Source: Eubacteriales bacterium (GTDB lineage: Bacteria; Bacillota; Clostridia; Oscillospirales; CAG-272). Taken from it: a stretch of 34,050 nt of DNA. The stretch lies in contig JAZSNX010000088.1 of assembly GCA_045536665.1 (NCBI GenBank), forward strand, positions 1 to 34,050. The letters are read 5' to 3'. The notes below the pieces were generated by a model. That model made no database searches. It saw nothing but the letters and a program-made list of their open reading frames with translations, and was not told the DNA's origin. Positions 10,008 to 17,493 of this stretch are shown piece after piece. The position numbers were made by a program, and so were the translations under genes. Numbering within the stretch: the stretch's first letter is position 1; every line of letters begins with the position of its first letter.

Positions 10008-11072
10008 TTATTCAATTATTCCACCGCCGACGACTGTGTCACCGTCGTAGAAAACGACCGACTGTCCACGAGCAATAGCTCTTTGGGGAAGGTCAAATTT
10101 AACCGAAAGTCTATTTCCATCAAGCTTACTTACCGTAGCAGATGCGGGCGTGTGTCTATACCGTATTTTGGCTTGTAATCTCACGGGGGTGTCAAAGCTT
10201 TCGTCCGTAAGAATATTGATATCCATTGCGGTTAGTGTGTCGGTGTAAAGCTGTTCATCTGTGCAAAGCATTACAGTGTTGTCGGAGACGTTTTTTTGTC
10301 CTACGAACATAGGCACGCCGAATGCCACACCAAGTCCTTTACGCTGTCCTATAGTATAATTTATAAGACCGGAATGCTCACCTATGACCTTACCGTCGGT
10401 ATCTATAAAATAACCGACAGGGAAGTCTGCGCCACATTCTCTTTTTATGAATGCCGCGTAATCACCATCCGAGATAAAGCAGATATCCTGACTGTCCGAG
10501 CGGTGTGCGACGGACAAGCCGCTTTTCTCGGCAATAGCTCTTATTTCAGGCTTCGAGTAATCTCCAAGAGGGAAGTAAAGATTGGGAAGCAGCTCCTTTT
10601 TTATCGACCAAAGAAAATACGATTGATCCTTTTTCTCGTCCTTTGCCTTTTTTAGAAAATATCTTCCGCCTTCTTGTTCTATGCGTGCGTAATGACCAGT
10701 CGCGAGAGCATCGTAGCCAAGAGAAAGAGCGGCATCGAAAAGCTTTCCGAATTTTATATGCTTGTTACACTCAACGCAAGGGTTGGGGGTAGCGCCACTC
10801 ATATAATCGTTTATAAATTTATCAACTACGCTTTGTCTGAAGCTTTTTCCTAAAGAGAGCACGTAATGCGGTATGCCGAGAGTATCGGTAATTTCCTTTG
10901 CATCGATACAGTTTACGTCGGGTATGCCGTCATCGATATCGGTTATTTCTTTTTGATCGTTCCATACTTTCATAGTTATGCCGCCAAGCTCGTGTCCTTG
11001 ATGCTTCAAAAGATACGCGGCAACGGCACTGTCGACGCCGCCGCTCATAGCGACAAGTATTTTTTTGCTCAT
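10008..11072 (-). CDS. mnmA: tRNA-specific 2-thiouridylase (tRNA s2U34 synthase)
   Basis: PP-loop VAMSGGVDSAVAA, and CVECNKHIKFG with a catalytic Cys. Full-length similarity pattern to MnmA. I chose the ATG at 11072 (MSKKILVAMSGG) because the longer ORF would overlap trmL. Confidence 0.95.
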   Translation of the reverse strand: MSKKILVAMSGGVDSAVAAYLLKHQGHELGGITMKVWNDQKEITDIDDGIPDVNCIDAKEITDTLGIPHYVLSLGKSFRQSVVDKFINDYMSGATPNPCVECNKHIKFGKLFDAALSLGYDALATGHYARIEQEGGRYFLKKAKDEKKDQSYFLWSIKKELLPNLYFPLGDYSKPEIRAIAEKSGLSVAHRSDSQDICFISDGDYAAFIKRECGADFPVGYFIDTDGKVIGEHSGLINYTIGQRKGLGVAFGVPMFVGQKNVSDNTVMLCTDEQLYTDTLTAMDINILTDESFDTPVRLQAKIRYRHTPASATVSKLDGNRLSVKFDLPQRAIARGQSVVFYDGDTVVGGGIIE

Positions 11073-11076
11073 ATTA

Positions 11077-11580
11077 TCACCACTCTCTCGTAGTAAGCTT
11101 TCCTTGTGCGATAAGATTCTCAAATCCCTTTTGACGTATTATCTCATATACGGCGATAGCCACCGAGTTTGACAGGTTGAGCGAGCGTATTGTGTCTCTC
11201 ATAGGGATACGCACGCAATACTCCTTATTGTCAAAGAGAATATCCTCGGGGAGTCCTTTAGTTTCCTTGCCGAACATAACGTACACGTTATCGGGGTAGG
11301 AGACGTCTGTGTATGACTGCGGAGCTTTGGTGGAAAAATAATAAGTATTTCCAACAGCCTCTGGACGCTTTGAGAGAAAGTCCTCATAGCTTTCATAATA
11401 TGTAATATCAAGCTTGTCCCAATAGTCAAGCCCCGCGCGCTTGAGCTTTCTGTCGTCGATTTCAAAGCCCATAGGACGGATAATATGCAAAGAAGCGCCC
11501 GTTGCGGCGCAGGTACGGGCAATATTTCCCGTGTTTTGCGGTATTTCGGGCTCGTGTAAGACTATGTTTATTTTGTACAT
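11077..11580 (-). CDS. trmL: tRNA (cytidine/uridine-34 2'-O)-methyltransferase, SpoU-TrmL class
   Basis: Small SpoU-fold protein of 167 aa. Motifs include LHEPEIPQNTGNIARTCAATGASLHII, FGKETKGLPE and RSLNLSNSVAIAVYE. Confidence 0.9.
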   Translation of the reverse strand: MYKINIVLHEPEIPQNTGNIARTCAATGASLHIIRPMGFEIDDRKLKRAGLDYWDKLDITYYESYEDFLSKRPEAVGNTYYFSTKAPQSYTDVSYPDNVYVMFGKETKGLPEDILFDNKEYCVRIPMRDTIRSLNLSNSVAIAVYEIIRQKGFENLIAQGKLTTREW

Positions 11581-11609
11581 AACAAATTTCCTTTTAGTTT
11601 TATGAGTAT

Positions 11610-11638
11610 ATTATATTATGTTTTTATATATTTTTCAA
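11610..11638 (-). promoter_or_regulatory. Sigma-A type promoter for trmL-mnmA (TTGAAA, 17 nt spacer, TATAAT)
   Basis: On the minus strand, TTGAAA is the complement of 11633-11638 and TATAAT is the complement of 11610-11615. The spacer is 17 nt. Confidence 0.65.
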
Positions 11639-11689
11639 GTGCAAAGAAAAAAATTTACAAAGAACGTGTCTTCTTGTGCGTTAATACTA

Positions 11690-11718
11690 TTGAAAATAAT
11701 ATAAAAATGTAGTATAAT
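11690..11718 (+). promoter_or_regulatory. Sigma-A type promoter for secA (TTGAAA, 17 nt spacer, TATAAT)
   Basis: TTGAAA at 11690-11695 and TATAAT at 11713-11718 with a 17-nt spacer. The element lies 30 nt upstream of the secA ATG. Confidence 0.7.
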
Positions 11719-11748
11719 AAAATGAATATATGTTTGTTGGAGGTCACT

Positions 11749-14502
11749 ATGGGACTTGTAGATAAAATTTTTGGAACTTACAGTGAGCGTCAGCTCAAAA
11801 AGCTTGAAAAGGCGGTCGATTATATCGAGAGCCTCGCTCCCAAATACGCAGCTATGTCTAACGATGAACTTGCGGGAACTACGGCTGTTTTGAAGGAGCG
11901 TCTTGCTGAGGGAGAAACACTCGATGATATTCTCCCCGACGCTTTTGCCGCTATCCGAGAGGCGGATGAAAGAATACTTGGCAAGCGTCCGTTCCGAGTG
12001 CAGATAATTGGCGGTATTATCCTTCATCAAGGTAGAATTGCTGAGATGAAGACCGGTGAGGGAAAAACTCTCGTCGCAACTATGCCCGCATATTTGAACG
12101 CGCTTTCAGGTAAGGGCGTTCACGTTGTTACGGTCAACGACTATCTTGCGCGCCGTGACAGTGAGGAAATGGGACGAGTATATGAATTTATGGGACTTAA
12201 GACAGGTCTTGTCGTTCACGGTATCTCTCCCGACGAAAAGAAGCAGGCGTATCTTGCTGATATCACATATGGAACGAATAACGAGTTTGGCTTTGACTAT
12301 CTGCGTGACAATATGGTCGTATATAAGGATAGAATGGTACAAAGAGGTCATAACTTCGCTATCGTCGACGAGGTCGACTCCATACTCATAGATGAAGCGA
12401 GAACTCCTCTTATCATATCGGGCGCGGGCGAGAAGTCTACCGATATGTACGATAGAGCCGACGCGCTTGCAAAAACTCTCAAAAAGTACGTTATCAAGGA
12501 GATGGACAACAAGGAGAGCTATGATGAGGTCGATGCCGACTATATTGTAGACGAAAAGGCGAACAACGCTATTCTCACCCCTTCGGGTGCGGCTAAAGCA
12601 GAAAGATTTTTCGGTATAGAAAATCTTTCTGACGCTGAGAACTCTGAGATAGCTCACCACGTTAATCAGGCAATTCGAGCAAGAGGTATTATGAAGCGTG
12701 ACGTTGACTACGTGGTCAACGAGCATGGCGTTATGATCGTTGATACCTTTACAGGCCGTCTTATGCCGGGCAGAAGATATTCCAACGGACTTCATCAGGC
12801 AATTGAAGCAAAGGAAGGCGTCAAGATCGAAAAGGAGAATAAGACGCTTGCGACCATTACCTTCCAGAACTATTTCAGAATGTACTCAAAAATATCCGGT
12901 ATGACGGGTACTGCGCTGACCGAGGAGCTTGAGTTCCGTGATATCTATAGCCTTGACGTGGTCGAGATACCCACGAACAAGCCTATGATAAGAGTTGACC
13001 ATCACGATATAGTTTACAAAACAGTAAACGCAAAGTACAATGCGGTTATTGAGCAGATAATAGAGTGTCACGAAAAGGGACAGCCCGTGCTTGTCGGTAC
13101 TGTGTCTATCGATAAGTCCGAGGAGCTTTCACGCAGACTTAAGCGTGAGGGAATAAAGCATACCGTTCTTAACGCAAAATATCACGACAAGGAAGCTGAG
13201 ATAGTCGCACAGGCAGGTAAGCTTGGCGTTGTTATTATCTCTACAAATATGGCGGGACGTGGTACTGACATTATGCTTGGAGGCAATCCCGAGCATATGG
13301 CGAAGAACGAAATGCGCAAGATGGAGATACCCGAGGAGCTTATAGCTATGGCAACGGGTACTGTGACGATAGACAACGAAGATGTCAAGAACGCAAGAGA
13401 GATATTCCGAGAGCTTCACGAGAAATACAAAGCTGAGATAGCTCCCGAGGCGCAAAAGGTAAGAGAAGCGGGCGGCTTGTTTATTCTCGGTACTGAAAGA
13501 CACGAGAGCAGACGAATCGACAATCAGCTCAGAGGTCGTTCGGGACGTCAGGGAGACCCGGGTGAGTCGAGATTCTTCCTCTCTCTTGAGGACGATCTTA
13601 TGCGTCTCTTTGGCTCAGAGAGAATGCTTGGTGTTGTTGAACGTATGGGACTTCCCGAGGATATGCCTATTGACGCGAAAATACTTTCGGGAACTATTGA
13701 GCGTGCGCAAAAGAACATTGAGGAGCAAAACTTCAAGCGCCGTAAGTATGTCCTTACCTATGACGATGTAATGAATCAGCAAAGAAATATCATCTATAAG
13801 CAGAGAAATGACGTTCTTAACGGTGAGGATATAAGCGACACAATAAAGAAGATGATACTCGCAACGGTCGAGGAGACGGTCGATACCTTTATGCAGGGCG
13901 ATGAGTCTGAGGTATGGGATATCATTGGTCTTCGCGAGACCTATAAGGGACTTCTCACCACCCCCGATGACTTTGATTATAACGAGGATGAGCTTAAGTC
14001 ACTCAAGAAGGAGGATGTCATCGAGCTTCTCAGCGATAGGGCAATTAAGCTCTACGAAGAAAAGCAGGGGCTTGTCGGTGCGGAGCGCTTCGAGGAGATA
14101 CAGAGAGCAGTGCTCTTACAGAACGTTGATAAGAGCTGGATGGAGCACATTGATATGATGGATGACCTCAAGGGAAGCATCAGACTTCAGTCCTACGCTC
14201 AGAGAGATCCAGTGAACGAGTATAGATTGCAGGGCGCGGATATGTTTGACGCGATGGTTGCTGAAATACGTGAACGTACCTCAAGAATGATACTGTCCGT
14301 TACGGTAAAGACACCCGAGGTAAAGAGAGTTCAAATAGCAAAGCCGCTTAGTGAGGGCTTTGAGGGAGCGAACGGCGAAAAGCCAAAGAGAGTATCTGTG
14401 GTAAAAAAAGCGGCGGATAACGTCGGCAGGAACGACCTGTGTCCTTGCGGTTCGGGCAAAAAGTATAAAAAGTGCTGCGGAGCACCACAAAATCAGCAGT
14501 AA
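11749..14502 (+). CDS. secA: Preprotein translocase ATPase SecA
   Basis: MKTGEGKTLVA Walker A and DEVDSILIDEARTPLIISG DEAD-like motif. TNMAGRGTDI is present, as is the C-terminal zinc-binding tail CPCGSGKKYKKCCG. ATG at 11749 with GGAGG upstream. Confidence 0.98.
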   Translation: MGLVDKIFGTYSERQLKKLEKAVDYIESLAPKYAAMSNDELAGTTAVLKERLAEGETLDDILPDAFAAIREADERILGKRPFRVQIIGGIILHQGRIAEMKTGEGKTLVATMPAYLNALSGKGVHVVTVNDYLARRDSEEMGRVYEFMGLKTGLVVHGISPDEKKQAYLADITYGTNNEFGFDYLRDNMVVYKDRMVQRGHNFAIVDEVDSILIDEARTPLIISGAGEKSTDMYDRADALAKTLKKYVIKEMDNKESYDEVDADYIVDEKANNAILTPSGAAKAERFFGIENLSDAENSEIAHHVNQAIRARGIMKRDVDYVVNEHGVMIVDTFTGRLMPGRRYSNGLHQAIEAKEGVKIEKENKTLATITFQNYFRMYSKISGMTGTALTEELEFRDIYSLDVVEIPTNKPMIRVDHHDIVYKTVNAKYNAVIEQIIECHEKGQPVLVGTVSIDKSEELSRRLKREGIKHTVLNAKYHDKEAEIVAQAGKLGVVIISTNMAGRGTDIMLGGNPEHMAKNEMRKMEIPEELIAMATGTVTIDNEDVKNAREIFRELHEKYKAEIAPEAQKVREAGGLFILGTERHESRRIDNQLRGRSGRQGDPGESRFFLSLEDDLMRLFGSERMLGVVERMGLPEDMPIDAKILSGTIERAQKNIEEQNFKRRKYVLTYDDVMNQQRNIIYKQRNDVLNGEDISDTIKKMILATVEETVDTFMQGDESEVWDIIGLRETYKGLLTTPDDFDYNEDELKSLKKEDVIELLSDRAIKLYEEKQGLVGAERFEEIQRAVLLQNVDKSWMEHIDMMDDLKGSIRLQSYAQRDPVNEYRLQGADMFDAMVAEIRERTSRMILSVTVKTPEVKRVQIAKPLSEGFEGANGEKPKRVSVVKKAADNVGRNDLCPCGSGKKYKKCCGAPQNQQ

Positions 14503-14517
14503 CAAAGGATTTCAAAA

Positions 14518-15189
14518 ATGGGATTTGGAATTTTATTTATCGGTTATTTTATAGGAGCTATAATTTTTCTTGGCTTTATGTCGATAGTGAGAGTTTTGGG
14601 ATGCGCTGTTATGCTCGTCTCGGCACTCAAGCTGAGAAGATACAATAAGGCATTCGATCTGCTTGTAGCGGCTCTTTGCGTCAGTATTTTGTTTTATGGC
14701 TTCGATGCGGTCGTGGATATACTTGGAATACAGCTTATGGGAGCTGCCGTAAACGTTGTGCTTTGGGCGGATACGATAATAAATTTCGCATTTAACGTCT
14801 GCCTGTTGATTCCTATAAGAGCAATAGCTAAGGAAACTGAAACGGATAAGATATTCTTTGCCGCAACTCGTAATATAGCGTTCTTTTGCATACTTTTTGC
14901 GCTTCAGCTCGTGGCAAAGCTTCCGTTTGAGATCACACAAAATCTTAATATCATAGCGATCATACTATTGTTGCTGCTTTCCTTGCTCAATCTTTTGCTT
15001 ATATTCCGTTGCTATGCGCAGATATGCGATTCGGGTGATGTTGAAATGGTACGTAAGCCGTCTCGTTTTGCCATCGTGAACAAATATAGAGACGAGATGG
15101 AAAGAAGACGCGCCGAGGCGGATGCGGAGCGTGAGAGAATAAAAAGAGAGCGTGACCTTAAAAGATATAATAAAAGAAAAAAGAAATAG
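14518..15189 (+). CDS. Hypothetical polytopic membrane protein (about 6 TM) with a highly charged Arg/Lys/Glu C-terminal tail
   Basis: 223-aa ORF starting 15 nt after the secA stop, with AAAGGA 8 nt upstream of the ATG. Hydrophobic segments run throughout. The tail reads RRRAEADAERERIKRERDLKRYNKRKKK. I recognise no family. Confidence 0.7.
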   Translation: MGFGILFIGYFIGAIIFLGFMSIVRVLGCAVMLVSALKLRRYNKAFDLLVAALCVSILFYGFDAVVDILGIQLMGAAVNVVLWADTIINFAFNVCLLIPIRAIAKETETDKIFFAATRNIAFFCILFALQLVAKLPFEITQNLNIIAIILLLLLSLLNLLLIFRCYAQICDSGDVEMVRKPSRFAIVNKYRDEMERRRAEADAERERIKRERDLKRYNKRKKK

Positions 15190-15198
15190 GAGGGAAAT

Positions 15199-16635
15199 AT
15201 GCATAAGTCAAAAAGATATGTGAATTTTAAGGCTATTGGGTTGTCTCTTGTCTTTCTGTTCAATCCAAACATTAATATTATCGACTTTCTTCCTGACTTC
15301 ATTGGTTACATACTTCTTTGCCTGTCATTAGTTAAGCTTGCGGATATCAACGAAACGCTGTCCGAGGCGCTTGACTCATTTAAAAAGCTTATAATCATTG
15401 ATGCGGCTAAGCTGCTGGCGCTCATGTGGACTTTTGGTATAGGAGTGAGCAGTGAGAGAAACTCATCTATTCTTTTGTGGGCGTTTGTTTTTGGAGTACT
15501 TGAGTTTGTATTTGTTATTCCGGCTTTTCTTAAGCTCTTCAAGGGTCTTTCCGAGATAGGCTTCTTATATGAAAACAACTCGATAATCTCAAGTAAGCGC
15601 GCTTATTCAAAAAACAAGACGGATAAGATGAAAAGGCTTACTGTGCTGTTCCTTGGATTTAAGGCATTTATGTCATTTGTTCCTGAGCTTTCAAATTTGA
15701 CTTCTCCCGAATATTACTACGGTAATACGACACAAAATCTTTATCAATTTATCGGAACTATTCGTTTTTTGGCGTTTATTCCAACATTCATCTTTGGTAT
15801 CGTTTGGTTATGCCGCATATTGGCATACTTTATAAAGATAAGTAAGGACCAAACACTTGTAGCCGCTATCGACAGTGCATATGTTGATAACGTACTTCCA
15901 AGAGACGGTATATTCATTATACGCAATGTGACGACAGCTCTTTTGATGCTTATGGTGGCATGCGTGCTGTGCTTTGACTTCAGGCTCGAATACATCAATG
16001 TTATTCCCGATGTCTTATCTGCCGTTGTTCTTCTCGGCTTCTTCGCGGTTATAGGAAAGAGAATAGGCGCGCGTAATGCGGTCGGCTCGTCACAAAGACA
16101 AGAATTAAAAAACAGTGTAAGCAAGACATTTCAAATAAATAGAGTTATCGGTATACTGCTTTGTGTGGTGTATTTAATTACATCGATCTTAGCGAGTGTA
16201 TTTGAATACAAATTCTTTGATGAATTTTATTACAGCGCTATATATAGAAGTATGGATGCTCTTAATGCGTATAATATGATGACGGTCGCGTCTATTGCAA
16301 ACGTAATTGCTTTTGCGGTTGTATTTGTTTACGTGCTTGTCGTTATCAAAAAGGTTATATCGGAGTATTGCGGACATATGTCCATTCAAGGGGAGAGTAC
16401 GCGAGGAGCTCAGCTTGATAAATCTATCAAGGCAGAGTTGAACAAGAACATTATTCTTTGCGTAATCGCTTTGATAATATATGTTGCTACGAATATTTGC
16501 TATATACTTCTTGTTAAGGATATGGGTGTTATGACATTTATTGATATTGTCGGCGCGCTCCTGTTCGTTGGTTCGTTCCTGAAGATGTATTTTGATGTAT
16601 CGTCTGCGGTTAAAGCAAAATATATTTTGTCATAA
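15199..16635 (+). CDS. Hypothetical polytopic membrane protein (about 10-12 TM)
   Basis: 478-aa ORF with a strong AGGAGGG RBS (15188-15194) overlapping the upstream stop. The N-terminal module IIDFLPDFIGYILLCLSLVKLADIN is repeated in degenerate form mid-protein as INVIPDVLSAVVLLGFFAVIGKRIG. I recognise no family. Confidence 0.7.
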   Translation: MHKSKRYVNFKAIGLSLVFLFNPNINIIDFLPDFIGYILLCLSLVKLADINETLSEALDSFKKLIIIDAAKLLALMWTFGIGVSSERNSSILLWAFVFGVLEFVFVIPAFLKLFKGLSEIGFLYENNSIISSKRAYSKNKTDKMKRLTVLFLGFKAFMSFVPELSNLTSPEYYYGNTTQNLYQFIGTIRFLAFIPTFIFGIVWLCRILAYFIKISKDQTLVAAIDSAYVDNVLPRDGIFIIRNVTTALLMLMVACVLCFDFRLEYINVIPDVLSAVVLLGFFAVIGKRIGARNAVGSSQRQELKNSVSKTFQINRVIGILLCVVYLITSILASVFEYKFFDEFYYSAIYRSMDALNAYNMMTVASIANVIAFAVVFVYVLVVIKKVISEYCGHMSIQGESTRGAQLDKSIKAELNKNIILCVIALIIYVATNICYILLVKDMGVMTFIDIVGALLFVGSFLKMYFDVSSAVKAKYILS

Positions 16636-16819
16636 TTTACCGTTGAGCTTTACGAATACATATCGATAATTTCGTACATACTTAATATCGCGAGGGTAAA
16701 CACCTTACGCAACATCGTCTTGACTTTCAGGCAGGTCTTCCGTTATCAAATTTTCTGTGTAGGCGTTCGTTCCGTCTATGAGGGATGCTTACAGAGACAG
16801 TTGATCAAAAGGAGACGTT

Positions 16820-17011
16820 ATGAATAAGCCGAAATGCAAGAAGAAAATTGAATTCACCTACGATATAAACAGATGCGACAATATTTTTGACTCATCTGAC
16901 GGACAGCCGTATCTCGATAGTACCGAGGGAGGCAAGTGGGGAAAGGGAAAGGATGATATGCCAAATACCCTAAACGATTATACCCCATATAACAATCCGT
17001 TACCTTATTGA
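16820..17011 (+). CDS. Small hypothetical protein (63 aa)
   Basis: AAAGGAGA RBS at 16808-16815 lies 4-5 nt before the ATG. A hairpin and T-tract follow directly after the stop. I recognise no homology, so its coding status rests only on these signals. Confidence 0.45.
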   Translation: MNKPKCKKKIEFTYDINRCDNIFDSSDGQPYLDSTEGGKWGKGKDDMPNTLNDYTPYNNPLPY

Positions 17012-17023
17012 ATGGTGAGGGCT

Positions 17024-17062
17024 TACGGGATCGATGCGGATGTGTCGGTCCCGTACTCTTTT
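17024..17062 (+). terminator. Probable intrinsic terminator after the 63-aa ORF
   Basis: TACGGGATCGA (17024-17034) pairs with TCGGTCCCGTA (17045-17055), including one G-U pair. The stem is followed by CTCTTTT. Confidence 0.6.
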
Positions 17063-17095
17063 GGGCAAAAAGATGATAAAAATTTTAAAATGTAC

Positions 17096-17124
17096 TTGAA
17101 AATCCAATGATAATCTGCTATAAT
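17096..17124 (+). promoter_or_regulatory. Sigma-A promoter for SRP RNA (TTGAAA, 17 nt spacer, TGcTATAAT)
   Basis: TTGAAA at 17096-17101 and TATAAT at 17119-17124 with a 17-nt spacer. A TGn extension lies at 17116-17118. Confidence 0.75.
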
Positions 17125-17162
17125 ATATGGGTAACTGGATTTTGGACAAAAGTCCGAAATAG

Positions 17163-17462
17163 CAGGCTGTATAATAAGGCCATACAAGCCGGGGAATTAG
17201 CGGAGCCCTGTACCTGAAATCCGCTACAGCAGGGGTGTATTCCTTTTTTGAGGGCTGACCCAAAGCGGTCTGTGCCGTTCCTGCTGCGTTGAGGAGTGGG
17301 TCTTGCGCAATTGAGGGCTGTGAACCATGTCAGGTGGGGAACCAAGCAGCATTAAGCAGTTTACTTGATGTGCCGCGAGGTAGCCTGCTCGGAGCAGGAG
17401 GTGCGGTGTACGCGTGGCGGCAATGTTCGATCTTTAGGTGTATGGTCTTATTATACAGCCTG
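17163..17462 (+). ncRNA. ffs: Signal recognition particle RNA (long Bacillus-type scRNA), annotated here including a probable precursor closing stem
   Basis: Domain IV signature CAUGUCAGGUGG-GGAA-CCAAGCAGCA lies near 17325-17352. It carries the conserved GUCAGG and AGCAGC strands, a GNRA tetraloop, and compensatory changes in the closing stem. The 5' end (17163-17186) pairs with the 3' end (17439-17462) over about 24 bp. Its position immediately upstream of dnaX-ybaB-recR matches B. subtilis scr. Confidence 0.9.
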
Positions 17463-17493
17463 TTTCTATTAAGTATCAAGAGAGGAGAGCGCT

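Noticed and set aside
12106-12795. 229-aa minus-strand ORF inside secA
   Set aside because: It lies fully within the unambiguous secA coding frame and has no motifs or translation signals.
16640-16670. Hairpin TACGAA...TTCGTA after the 478-aa membrane gene as the secA-operon terminator
   Set aside because: The stem is only 6 bp with a 14-nt loop, and no T-tract follows. This is not convincing, so the end of the secA transcription unit remains undefined and may be the hairpin at 17024-17062.
16778-16804. 8-codon upstream ORF (MRDAYRDS) in the leader of the 63-aa ORF
   Set aside because: It has no RBS and is too short to evaluate, so it is most likely a chance ORF.
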